Below, in pieces: positions 14,747-27,255 of a stretch of DNA of 64,000 bases (position 1 is the stretch's first letter; each line of letters begins with the position of its first letter). The notes under the pieces are model-generated. The model worked only from the letters and a program-made list of their open reading frames with translations. It did not search any database and was not told where the DNA came from. The translations under genes were made by a program, and so were the position numbers. The DNA comes from the human T2T-CHM13v2.0 reference genome, Homo sapiens: NCBI RefSeq assembly GCF_009914755.1, contig NC_060927.1. One strand, given 5' to 3'.

Positions 14747-16779
14747 GGACAGTATCTTACACATATGAAGAATATAAACATGTTGAATGAATGAAAGAAA
14801 TTGAATGTGCAGATTCACCAGGTCATTTGCTTATTGTACATCAACATGATTCCATATCAAGAAAGAAATCATGAGCAATCAGTTCAAAAAGCATTTACGA
14901 TGCACACATGCATGTCAGGGACAAAACTCTTTGAGAACCCAGACATGAATAAGTCATAGGCCTTGCCCTTGAGGAGCTCACAGTCGAAGAAAAGATAACA
15001 GGTCTGTAATGTACACCTATAGTGGATTTGCTTCAAGAGGAAAATTATTTTTCTATTACAAGAGTCACTTTCACTAGCAGTAAAGTCCTGCCTTAATTTA
15101 AATCCTCAGCAGAATACCCATCACATAAATGACAACTTGGGGAAGTATTTCACTTTGGAGTGTATGCCTGGATTTTGAATTTCAGCTTCCCCTAAGCCCA
15201 GTTCTGTGGATGATAGTGGATTGATTCTCACATCAAAAGGAACACAAAGCTGTACATACTTAACCTTTGTAACCAGCTACTGCTGGAGAAATAATAAGAA
15301 AGTCTTAGGAGGAAAAAGAGTTGCTTGAAATTCTACAGTTCTTTTAATCTTGTGAAGAATGAGATATAAATCAATAAATAACAATAACATCAAGAGGTGC
15401 AATTACATTTTCTGTCCACTTAAAAACATTGGAAAGAAGTGGATGGTTCCAACAGCTTTCTTCCTTTAAAAGTAATAACAGACTAAAGCTTTGCTTCTGG
15501 AACTAGGACATAAGTCTGATCTGGGTTAATATCCTTTCACTGGGCTAGAAACATTCCAACAAAAATAAATTGAAAAATAAGACTATGTCAAGGATTTGTT
15601 TTCTAAACTTTCTCAAATTAAGAAACATTTACCTTTTAAAAATAATGTCCCACATAGCTCCGCCAAGTAGATATTTATTCAAGAATTTTACGAATAGTTA
15701 GAATATTAGCGGTCTAATACATATAATAGTTAGAATATTAGAAGTGACTCATTTCAAGTGAGGAAAAAAATGGGTTACCCAAATCAATATAGCTACCTTT
15801 TGGTATTATCCTATTATGACTTTGACCTAAGTACAAAATATTCTGCTAAGAATTTGACCAAATTCAGCCCAAGGTCAATCAATGTTGTCTTTTTTGTAGT
15901 TAATGCATTTCCCTCTAGGGCAAAGATATTTTGTTTTCTTAATCTAGAATTGTTGGATTCTTTCCTCTGATTGGTTTGATTAAAAAGGTAATGAGATTTA
16001 CTTTTATGAAACAAGGTTCTGTCATAATGTTTAATTATAGGTATAAAATAATTTGTCTAAATATTCAAATGATATTTATTGGATTTGTACTTACAGTTCA
16101 TCAATATTTTTTCTTCTTTCTTTCCTGTTATTTCACTTAGTTTCTGGATTTTTAAACTGGAGTTTTGAGAGGTAGGACCCAAGGAGACTTTGCTAGAAGA
16201 CTATTTATTTCCCTGGATGTAGGTTTTCATATTAGTATAAATCCTGACACCCAAATCATAACAACCCAGGAGGAAGAAAGAGTTCATCAGCAGATTTAGT
16301 GGAATGAGTTGTAATAAATAAATATAGTTAGAATTACATCAGTGACTGATGGAAACTTTGTTTAAATTATTAAAAATCTGAGCAGAGCAGATACAATGGA
16401 GAATACCCTGCGGTGGCTGCCAGGACTTGTTTTTTATTTTATTTAATTTTTAAATCTGGTATTAACATGTTGCTGATCCTCTCTTTTCATAATCTGCTTT
16501 ATCTCAGGAACTGATTTTCTCAGCTATTATAAGCAAATCAGACCCAGAATTCCCAGGTTCTTTTACTTACAGGTTCACTCATCAAGTAGAGAGAATCCCA
16601 GATGAATGCTCCACTTGGTAAATGGTCCTTTTAAAGAGAAATAAACAGATGATGGCAGCAACTTAACACCTGTGGACAGGAAAATTAAGGACCAGTGTTC
16701 CCTGGGCTGACCTTCTCTTCTATACCCCATGGGTCTGAGGTTTGGGCTGGAATCAACTATGTGACTTAGATACCATCGC

Positions 16780-16821
16780 TCTTTCTTCCTCTCTCTTCTC
16801 TCTTCTCTCTCTCTCTCTCTC
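16780..16821. repeat. (CT)n-rich microsatellite
   Basis: Directly visible. Confidence 0.9.
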
Positions 16822-17139
16822 GCACACGTGCCTTATTATAAAATAAAACTCATACAGAAAGCCACCATAACAAATGAAGTGACTTCTTATGAAGCAAACA
16901 CTCTTATAACCACCACCCAGCTAAAAGAATAGAACTCATAAGCTACCACAGAATTCCTTCATATAGTGCCCCCTTGCAATCACCTAGTCCCTTCCTATCT
17001 CCAGATGTAACCACCCTCTTAAGGTTCAATGCAGTATTGCCTGTAATTGCATAATAAATAAATAAGGTAAAAGGGGGAAATTGGTAATAAGGCATAGATA
17101 TTCAGTGGAATGTTACAGAACATTACTAAAGATTGAGAC

Positions 17140-18005
17140 TGAATCATTCAGGCAATCCTTCATTCATAAATGTACACACACAGTCCTGGCCTCTGGGGGT
17201 ATGGTGATGAACAACAACAAAACATAAAACAGATTCATGCCCTTTTAGAGCTGACATGGAAATGAGAGAGGCAGACAAGAAACAGGCAAACAAAAGTAAT
17301 TAAAATTAAAATAGTACAATTGCAGTTACTGGGCAATAACTTCAAGCAAATTAAAACAAGACAAGGAGATGGAGAAGATATAAGTGTGTTGTCCAAGGAA
17401 AGGCTTTCAGAGCCATGAGCATTTGAGCCGAGTGGAGTGAGGTTGGGGAATACAATTCCAATCAGAATGAACAGCAAGCTAAAAGAAATAATGGAGTAAG
17501 AGCAAGGAGGCCAGAGTGGTAGAATAGTGAGAGAGAAAGTCATGAGAAGGAAAGTGCAGATCATGTAAGGGCCTTGGAAGCCACAGACAGTAAAGGAGTC
17601 TTATTTCCGTTTCATTGGGAAATCACCGAAAAGTTTTGAGCAAGAAAGTAACCATCATTTTTTTTTTTTTTTTTTTTTTTGAAGACACAGTCTCGCTCTG
17701 TCACCCAGGTTGGAGTGCAGTGGCGCGATCTCAGCTCCCTGCAAGCTCCGCCTCCCAGGTTCACGCCATTCTCCTGCCTCAGCCTCCGAGTAGCTGGGAC
17801 TACGGGCACCCGCCACTACGCCTGGCTAATTTTTTTGTATTTTTAGTAGGGATGGAGTTTTGCCGTGTTAGCCAGGATGGTCTCGATCTCCTGACCTCAT
17901 GATCTGCCCTCCTCGGCCTCCCAAAGTGCTGGGATTACAGGCATGAGCCACCCCACCTGGCCCATCATATGTATGTTTTTAAAGATCATATTGGCAGCTA
18001 GGAGG
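17140..18005 (-). mobile_element. L2a-like fragment interrupted by AluY
   Basis: CATTCATT-type tail, GGCCAGAGTGG, CAGATCATGTAAGGGCCTTG and GTTTTGAGCAAG. Continues after the Alu as TTTTTAAAGATCA. Confidence 0.75.
17659..17962 (-). mobile_element. AluY
   Basis: T tail, GCAAGCTCCGCCTCCCAGGTTCACGCCATT, CCGTGTTAGCCAGGATGGTCTCGATC. Short TSD CATCAT (17653-17658 and 17963-17968). Confidence 0.95.
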
Positions 18006-18714
18006 AGTAATAGGAGAATCCTTGCTGTAAGATTGAAGAAAGACGATGCTGGAAGAAAATTCTGTCTAAAATGATAAAAAGTCTCCATGGCATAGTGTTG
18101 ATTTTTTAAAAAAGAAAAACATTTCTCACTGTGATCCTAGTTATGTAAATATAGCAAAATTAGTACTTTCAACCACATAATATAAACTGTATATGTGCGT
18201 GAATGTGAGTGTGTAAATGCCTATTTTAAAAGCTCTCAGGAGAGACATGGAAGGCAACATGCCCAACAGACAAGAGAGTTAATACTGGGGTACAGGGTGG
18301 GCTTGACTGTGGGTGTGGATGAACTACTCTTGTATTAGTTGTTTCTATTTTTATTTTTGCAACGATAATTTCACATCTCAAATCTGAATTATAAAAATTA
18401 TAAAGCTGAATCAAACAGTTGGAGAGTTGTTTACATAAAAATTAGAAAGATTGCTTTTTAACTGCTACTTAAAAAACGATAATTTTTTTTAAAAAAATCA
18501 GTGATTCTGGAGACATGAATACAATCTAACCATTTTAAGTTTACAAATTTACTGTTGAATCATTTTGCTACAAAAATAACTTGGGAAAGTTTATATATAC
18601 ATTTACATGGAACATGAATAGAACATGGAAAAAGTGTGGGAACAAGTATGGGTTTAATACAGTTCATGCAGAAATTTTGATCTAAAATTGCTAATGAAGA
18701 ATAGCAGAGAGGCA

Positions 18715-18895
18715 AAAGCTAGTTTTAAAAGCGTAGGATTAGGAAGAAGGAGAATCCTGACATGGAATCCCTGCTCCTTCATATTCTAAAGGACTGATCC
18801 AGGAAAAGTCACTAAACTCTCTAAACTTCCATATCCCTCTGCTAAAATGTAGCTAACATTTCTACCTGATAAAATTATTATAAGAATAAAAGGAA
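18715..18895 (+). mobile_element. MIR SINE
   Basis: Degenerate MIR core AAGTCACTAAACTCTCTAAACTTCCATATCCCTCTGCTAAAATG. Confidence 0.55.
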
Positions 18896-19661
18896 GGAGA
18901 GAGACAGGCAGTGCAAAAGGTTGTTATTTAAAACCATGACTACAGCAGCTTCTACTTCCTTAGGGAGTGGTGTCATTTCTCTCTGGAGAAAATAACCTTC
19001 TGAATAGCAAAACACAATGAGGGACATTTGGCTCTGACAATATAGTTCTCAAGGCATGATTAAAAAGAGAATCTATGAAATAGAGGATTAAATTGTCCTA
19101 CACAATAAATTATAATTTTCAAGTTTCCAGGAATGGAAAGAAGAAACCTAGTAGGATGAGTAAAGTGGGGCCTCTGTAGGCTTTCAGTCAGGGAAAATAT
19201 CTTAAGGCCTTATTCAGAAAACAGCTGCTAATAATAATCAGTCTTAATCTGTTCACTGGTTGTACTACAATATGACATCCTTATGCCCAGAATCCAGAAA
19301 TTTCAGTCAAGAATTATTCCAGAGAAAGCCTTCTATCCATGGGACTCTGGTGAATGAATGCTTGGGAAGCTGTCTTTGGAGGGATAAATAGTAAACAACA
19401 TGTAAAAATCTACGAGAAACTCCAGATAAATTTTGGGCTTCCTACTATAGGCATTCAAAAGTTTCTCACCAATGTTGGAGATCCACCAGGTAGCATCTGG
19501 GCTGCATCTGGGTTGTTAATGTAATGCAGGTAAAGAGTGGTCCACAATGCCAGGAACAGAACAAGTCCTCAACGAATATTAGTTCCGAATGACCTACAGA
19601 GTAGTGCTTGAAAATGCAGCCTCATTGATTGGCTTCATAATCATAGTTTGGCCAGTAAGGT

Positions 19662-19852
19662 TGTTGCAGGACTTTCTCCTCAGTTCAGCTAAAAACTGGG
19701 TTCTTGTCACATGACCAGGAGGATGGAAACATAGAAGGATGAGAAAAATTGAATTTATTGGGTAAAAAAGGAAAAAGAGAAAAACTTTTAGCAGAGCAAG
19801 GGGGAAGCTGGTTGGAGGTTCTCCAGTGAGCCCTTTTTACTTGGCTGTCTCA
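19662..19852 (-). mobile_element. MER61-type ERV1 3' LTR, internally deleted (191 bp)
   Basis: Minus strand begins TGAGACAGCCAAGT and ends TTAGCTGAACTGAGGAGAAAGTCCTGCAACA, with AATAAA. Immediately preceded by the polypurine tract AGAGGGGGGAA (19853-19863). Confidence 0.8.
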
Positions 19853-22053
19853 TTCCCCCCTCTAAAGAAGTACACCTAACTGCCTTTAGAAGGATAAGGA
19901 TAAAGATAAGGATAAGGCTAAGGCTAAGGCTAAGGCTAAGGCTAAGGATAAGGATAAGATTAAGGCTAAGGCTGAAGACCAATCTTAACTACTTCCTGCT
20001 GACAGGGGACGCTGTTTTGGGGAAAAGGCAGTCAGAGCTCCCTCAGAGGCCTAGCTAAGGGTCCTCAACAGAAGGGGCCATCATCCAAGGCCCAGTTGCA
20101 TGACTATTTGGAGTTTGATGGCCTGAGGCAAGAAGAGACAAACTGAGTTATTAGAAAACAAGTATCAAAACAAAACAAGGGGTGTGGGTATAAGGATAGC
20201 TCACAAATCCTGAGGCCTTTTACCAGTTTACACTGGTAAAAGAGGGAGGCCAAAAGCCAAAATGGTAAAAAAAAAAAAAAAACTTTTACACTTTTTCTGG
20301 CATGTCAGGCTTCTGGGTTCCCTTCCCCTGAGCTCAATCCTAAGCCAACTGGTTTAAGGTTTGGGAAATTAACTTTTTCCAGTTTGGAAGATGCATCCAA
20401 GGGGAGTGTCCAATAGTATGGAGACACAATTACCTATCAGCAAAGAGAGGACAGAGGAGAAGAAAAGAAAAAAGAAGGTGTTTTTTTCAAAGGAGTCCCA
20501 GGGTTTCAGGATGCATTTGAAAGGCAAACAGACTGAAGATGGATGGCTACTCTCTAGAAGGAAGACAGCAAGCATACCTAGTTCCCTTCTCTTCCTAGCA
20601 GATACCTGGGGTACGTGAGGGAGGGAAAGTGAGGTGTTCCTGTTACTTTCCTCTGTCCTTGTATCCCCGAGTCCTGGTGACCGGGACAGGGTACCACCCA
20701 TGGGTGCCAAAGTGGCTTGCACCCATGAAGCAGGGAGGGCCTAGAAAATAGGAATTATCCACTCTCCCCTATGCCTCTACCCCCACTACTCTCAGTAGTC
20801 TCAGAGCTCCCTAGACCTCATTTATGCCATAGATACTAGCGTGAACTTTATCCATGAAATGTGAGGCTTGGCTTAATCGTCAAGAATTAGCCATGCTTAC
20901 CTGCACTGGGCCTTTTAAACTTTGTTATTGTCTGCCTCTGGATCCCTTAGATCCAGTTTTCTTTCCTAGGGCTTTGACTCAAAGCTTGGAATTGAGTTTG
21001 GGACTAAAATGTGTCTCGGGCAGGGGCGGGTTGGAGTTGCATAGACTCCTTATCATAAGCTGAATGGTGAGACTGTGGAATTGAGTCCTCCCCCAACAAG
21101 GGAGAGAAAAGGATGTCTTGTGACATATCAAGATAACTGGTGGCTATAGTTATGCTTTCTAGGATTTGGGTGCATGGTGCTTGCCTTTGGTTAGCTCCCT
21201 TGGTCTTACTTTCACAAAAGAGAAACCTCTGGGTGATGGACACCCTATTTATTCTCATCACCTGGCAAGATTTGCAGGATAATTGCTCAGAACCAGAATA
21301 CTGATCCGTATTTCTACATTATTCATCCCTTTTGCTCTTTGTGAGCTGCAGCCGGAGATTGCTGGTTGGTTAACAGGAACCAGCAGGGTTAGTCTAAATT
21401 TAGGCAAAAATTTAAAAACAACGAATGAGTTTAGAATTTAATGACCAATGTGTGATAAGTTTTGAAACATAATTTCTCTCCAGTCCTCATTTTTGTTAAA
21501 AAAAAAAAAGTATTTTGTTAAAAAATCATGATAGGACTGAGTTGTTTGCAAAATAGACTTTAGTCTTATACTTGGCCTGATTATTTGCATAAAATGCAGC
21601 AAGAATAACTATTTCTACATAAGCCTTTTAGATTGGCTTTGATGGAACTCTGTTCCACAATGAATCTCAGATAAGACCTTTTTAAGCTGAGCCCAGCCAT
21701 GAGTCGGGTTTGTATCTTCAAACACCTGTGAGATGGGTGATCGTCTCCTCTTAAGGGCCCAAAATGAACTTGGAGTTCCTGGGCCTGTTAGAAAATGACA
21801 TTCTTTACTAGCCGCAGGTCAAGAACCTTGAATAAGGACCATGTAGACAAGGTTATGAGGCCAGGTTTCCCCCCACCGGGGGCTTTTATTGGCTCTGCAA
21901 GTTGCGCTTGACTCCTTAAAGGGAAGCATACCCTTCCAATCAAAACCTTGGTAAAACAAGTGTTTCTCGAATTGTGTCCTGTTGCAAAAGAAAATGGATT
22001 CTTATTGCACTGATGCAAACTACTATATTGCCATAAGTTAAGAATACTCACAA
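19853..22053 (-). mobile_element. ERV1 MER4-group internal sequence (MER61-int-like), 3' portion only
   Basis: PPT adjacent to the LTR. MER4-group internal motifs (ATTATTTGCATAAA, GGCTTTGATGGAACTCTGTTCC). Gag-like remnants CILKPWDSF and DTPLGCI in ORF 20369-20722. Confidence 0.85.
19891..19975. repeat. (GGATAA/GGCTAA)n hexamer microsatellite inside the ERV
   Basis: About 14 hexamer units directly visible. Confidence 0.95.
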
Positions 22054-22179
22054 TGTCAATACCATATGTTGCCTTTGGGCAATGTACTAAACAACCAGGG
22101 TCTCAGTTTCCTTACCGATGACATATGGATACTAATTTAACTTATACTTTTTTGCAAGGATTAAATAAGTTAACATAAT

Positions 22180-22295
22180 GAAGTAATGTATATGTTAATT
22201 AGCTTGATTTAGCCATTCCATTATATATATATATTTCAAAACATATTGTATATAATAAACATAGACAATTTTGTCATTTTGTTAAACAATTACAA
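22180..22295 (+). mobile_element. L1MA 3'UTR tail fragment inside a MIR
   Basis: TATGTTAATTAGCTTGATTTAGCCATTCCA...TTTCAAAACAT. MIR core (TTGGGCAA...GGTCTCAGTTTCCT) lies upstream at about 22070-22175. Confidence 0.7.
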
Positions 22296-23239
22296 ACAAA
22301 AGCCTAGAGAGAAAATAATTTACATACATAATGTGTTTAGAACATGCCATAATTGCTGAAGTAAACATTAAATATTATTATTAAATATTTATTTTCCATA
22401 TCTATTGCACTGCAAATAGTTTTAGAACATTGCATTGCGATGGAGACAGTGAGGCATTTTGGAAAGAGCAGTAGCCTCAGGAGATCAAAAGTCAAGTCCC
22501 ACAAATGCCATTGACTTACTGTGGGATGCTGAGCTCAGTAGATTTTGAGGCTAAATTGCTTCATCTATAAAGCATACACTTTGAACCAGAAGATCCCAAT
22601 ATGTTATTTCTATTCTATAAAATTTTGAATATCTGATTCTATTTAAATATATTCATTATCAAGTTTCATATGCATTTTATTAAAATATCTTATATAAAAA
22701 GACAATTAATCTTGTTTTTCCATCCTTTTGACAGAATTCTACAAAGGACCATAAATGTGAAAAGTGGATTTTTATCCAAGTCATCTGTCTTTATGGAAAT
22801 ACCTTTGCCTTTGTGAGTCTTAGGTTGCTTGTTCATAAAAAATAAAAGGTTGTTTCAGAAGAATGGGAAGGTCCTTTCTCAACTCGACATGAGAGGCAGA
22901 CTATGAATAAGGTATGGGGCACCACTGGGCTTTGGGGGGAACCACAGTGGCAAGTCATAGTTGTTGGAGACCAATGAGAAACCCAGAGGCTCTAGGAATT
23001 GGGAGGAAACAAAATTGCTTATTGAAAGAAGGTAGCAAAAGAAAGGAAAGGATCAGGGCTTGAGTGAATCAGAAGACAACTCCTCAATTTTTCCCCATGA
23101 CTAATGAATGGAAAAGTAATTTCCATGTGTCTTGAAGAATATTACTTTTCACAAAATATATCACGCAAGAGATGAGAGTGCCTTAAAGTGTTGGCAGTAG
23201 CAATAAAGAAAAATGGTTGTAAATACAATAGCTTTGTAA

Positions 23240-23740
23240 GTGAAATTGACAGGACTTAGTAGAGTGGGAGTGAAGGAAAAAAGATGTAGTGGATTAGGAG
23301 TGCAGGATAAAGGAGAAACTGGGGTGTTTCTAAATTTCTGACTTAGGCAACAGAATGCTTGTAGGTGACATTTAACTACATGGGAAAGACTAGAAAAAGA
23401 ATAAGCATGAAGAAGAAAATAGGAAAATTAAAGTTTCTGTTTAGGACCACTTAATTTGAGATGCAGGGGTTACTTCCAAATAAAAAAATCAAATAGTTCA
23501 ATAAGAAAATCTGGCACACAGAGGCAGATTTGAGGTAAAAATATCCTTCTTGTTGTGGTCCACGTATACATGACATTTTAAAGCCTTGAAAATGTATGAA
23601 AAAAATAAAGTAAAGAGAAGAGGATCTACCATCAAACCCAGGACACCAGAATTTAAAGTGGGAAAGAACAAGGAGTTTATTAAGGTGAGTGAAGAAGAAT
23701 GGCAAAAAAGGTAGGGGATCACTTTAAGGAGGTTAGAGTA
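23240..23740 (-). mobile_element. L2 fragment
   Basis: GACAGGACTT, TTTCTGACTTAGGCAAC, TTTGAGATGC and CCAGGACACC motifs of antisense L2. Confidence 0.6.
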
Positions 23741-24769
23741 TTCAGTTCTACGAAATACAGTTGTTGTTTTTACTAAAACTAACTAGTAATGGTGCTCTCT
23801 GGACCATTCCTAGCCTTCATTTAATGCTAACTTACTTGCAACTCATGGAGCCCTCTAGTCCATTATGGCTTATAGAACCTCACTTGGTAGCCCTGGGTTG
23901 CTCTTTATTTGGATCCAGAGCCTAAGGATAGCATTTAGGCAAATTGAGTTGGGAGAATCTCAACTCAATTTCTATGACATAGAAATTGGGTTGATAAAGA
24001 AGGACATTGTTCATTCTACCTAGGGCAGTATAGCAGAAGGACATGAACCAAGGCTGCAGCTAAGAGCAATATTTGTGCTAACCCTGAAGGGAAATTGACT
24101 GTGAAGACAGCTAAGTGGTGCCGAGCTCAAACTATTAACCAGTGCTTCCAAAGCCTGTCTCATGCCTTAAATTTTTTTCTAAAATTTTTGTGATTCCTAA
24201 ATAATTTGGCTTTGACATAGCCTCGCAGATCCCAGAACCACTTTCTCTTTTGACCAAACTCAGAGACAAGCACTCTTGACCCAAGGAGAGACTCACATGA
24301 CTGGTCTCTGGTAAGACAGGGCCTGAGAGGTGGAAGAAACCATGGGACCTTTATTTAGAGAAGGAAGAGTTCCCCGATTCAGTAGATTGCTTCTACTGGA
24401 GCCCAGATGGGTCTTTCTAGCACAATTTATAACCTAGAAGGCCCCAAGAAAATATTATGTTTTAGTTAATAGATTTCAGATAGCGTATGATATTTATTGT
24501 TATTTCAGAGTTCAAGGCACACTGTTTTATGTCTTTGGCTTGCATTTTCTTGTTTTATTATTATAACAATCCTATGATGTAGAATGTAGAACATGATGGG
24601 AAGAATCTGAAACTTAAGGATTGTGCCAAGTCTGAAGAATCACAAGAGCAGTGAGCTGAGCAGGGTATGGCAGGCAGCAGGCCTGGGGATGAATGCAGTG
24701 CAGGAAGACTGGCAGCTGGCCATGAGCCCAGGCCGTAAAGATACAAGCTGCATAGTTATTCTCTTTTAT

Positions 24770-25156
24770 TTGGCTACTATCAATTTTTCTTGTCAATCTA
24801 CACCCTGACTTCCCTTTTGAATAAATAAGCCTAATGCATTGGAATCAGTCTGAAAGTCCACAATTTGTGGGGCTTTGTTCTAAAAAAAAAAAGGGGGGGT
24901 GAGCATGTGAACAAATTATGTCAGTTGAAGTTTTTTCCCCTGGGATTTGAAACTTAGAGGAACAAAAAGACTGAAATATCTGGGGTCCACTCTGTTTCTG
25001 TGATTGTTTCCTGACCCATTGGGACTTTCTGCACTGCTTCTTTAACATTTTGTCAATTCAATGAGCCCCTAATATCCTTATGGGAGATTTCATTTAGTTT
25101 AAATTCATTAAAGGTAAGTTTCTGTTACTGGGAACCGAGGATCCTAGACTGGTTCA
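24770..25156 (+). mobile_element. MLT1-family MaLR solo LTR (old subfamily)
   Basis: GAGCATGTGA and CCCTGGGATTT motifs. Terminal GTTTCTGTTACTGGGAACCGAGGATCCTAGACTGGTTCA resembles MLT1 LTR ends. Confidence 0.55.
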
Positions 25157-26870
25157 GTGGACAAATGCCATCAAAAGTTAAATGAGAAAGTTAGAAGGTG
25201 AATGTCAACACATATTCTTGAGACTGAAAGGGTATTGAGGATGAATACATTGGGATGACAGTAAGATATCACATAACAAGTTGCCAAGTGTGTCTGTGAG
25301 GTGGCTCAGGTAGGTTGCTGATGAATAAAAGAATGGCTAAACTTCTTTTATCTGAGTCTCATACTACTAGGAATTTCCCATAACTGTGAAGGCTGTCAAT
25401 GCAACTTTTGATGGCTGATTCCATGCAATGCCATAAAAGTTACTGGAAAAATTGCTCATAATTATGCAATATACATCTCAGAAAATCGTCCCCTGCTCTT
25501 AAGCTCAATAGGACCTCATGGGGTCATCTGTTCCAATCTCATCTCTCGAGAAAGAAATTGAAATAGACTTCCCAAGCTACCACAAGGAACTCATTATTTT
25601 TCTCCATAAGAAAGTATATATTTTTCTCAAATAAACATAGTAGATAAAAGTAACTAGCCAATCTTGTGAACTGTGATTCAGGATTTGGAAGAGTGCTAGT
25701 GCTAATACCCTGGGAGTCAAGACAACAACTGGCCATTTTAGGATATGATACAGAAATCACAAATGGAAATGCTGGTCTCTCTATAGCCTCCTCTCCATTC
25801 CCACATTCCTTGCTAATTATTCCTTGTTCTCTGTTCCTACAAGTTATATATAAACATAATAGATATAGCTCCAAATTTTAAGTGTGAGAAATGTCTCTTT
25901 TTATTTCTTCTAATTATATGTACTCTTTACAGAGCCCCCTCTCTTCTGAATGACTGGCTATTCAGTCTTAGTTATTATGAAGGCCTCGCTCCTTCTACAT
26001 TGAAATATATGAGAAACTGGAACTTACATATTAGCAGAAGAGAAAAGAAAAGCCGTGATCCTGGACTGGTGTAGTCTCAACCATCTGTCCCTTTAGCACC
26101 ATTAATTGGTCCACAAAACTGACCACAGACACCATATCACATCTATCCTTCTGTCATCCCACCATCTAGAGCATCAGGTATCAGGAGCATACCTCACTAC
26201 AGTTCCCATCTCCGGGCTCAGCACTTTTAGGAAGCTCACATTTTATGTTCAGACATTTCAAGGTCTCCTGCTCAAAAACTTTGCTACATTCCCTCTCTCT
26301 GCCCCAGACAACCCAAATCTAATACAATCCCCTTCCATCAGACTTTAGATCCACAATGATGACTTCTTTCTTGTAGGTGGATATAGAAAGGAAATGCTAA
26401 CACCACTTGGATTTTTTTTCAGAATAACATGCTCTATTAAATAACCAATATAACAATATAATATATATGCCATTGTGTTATAATTATTTTGTGTTTGTCT
26501 TTAACTGTAAAATTCTTGAGGATATGAAAAATTTTATCTACCTTTATACATCTAACCCCCAGTTCTTGGACCTATTGAGTTTTTTATACATGCTAGTTAA
26601 ATAGAACATCACAAAAATTCACTATGTAGGCCCATGTTAATTTTTTTGCCCAGTTCTGAGAATAGATTTTGTGTGAAGTCATGAAAATGCATTGATGAGT
26701 ATACAGCATCCTCAAACCAAGATTTTCAAGTGCTTTTTAACAATTAAATTCTGAGGAACAATTTAAAGCTTGCATAGTTTTCTGTCAAATACTTTCTAAA
26801 GACAGCTGGTGCTCATTGGGGTTCACTGGCTTCATTATGAGTTCATTTCTTTGTCTTCAACGTTGGATAT

Positions 26871-27255
26871 TGTATTAGCTAGTTCTTGCACTGCTATACA
26901 GAAATACCTGAGACTGGGTAATTTATTAAAGAAAAGAGGTTTAATTGGCTCATGGTTCCACAGGCTATACAGGAAGTATGATGTCTTCTAGGGAGACCTT
27001 AGGAAACCTTCAATCATGGTGGAAGGTGAAGGGGAAGCAGGCACATCTTACATGGCCAGAGCAGGAAGAAGGGAGGGTGGTGTATTACATACTTTTAAAT
27101 AACCAAATATTGTGAGAACTCTATCACGAGAACAGCACTAGTGGGATGGTGCTAAACTAATAGACCCAATCACCTCCCACCAGGTCCCACCTCCAGCATT
27201 GGGGATTACATTTCAACATGAGATTTGGGTGGAGACATAGATCCAAACCATATCA
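26871..27255 (-). mobile_element. MSTA solo LTR (MaLR)
   Basis: TGTATTAG...AAACCATATCA termini, AATACCTGAGACTGGGTAATTTAT, CAACATGAGATTTGGGTGG. 5-bp TSD GATAT/GATGT. Confidence 0.92.

Noticed and set aside
16573-16617. Possible 45-bp + strand exon (TTTTACTTACAG|...TTG|GTAAAT)
   Set aside because: The donor is weak and the acceptor equally reads as a minus-strand donor; no other support.
19788-19982. Hydrophobic LSLSLS/ILIL ORF as a signal peptide, or the hexamer array as interstitial telomere
   Set aside because: The ORF is a translation of the hexamer microsatellite. The unit is GGCTAA/GGATAA, not TTAGGG.
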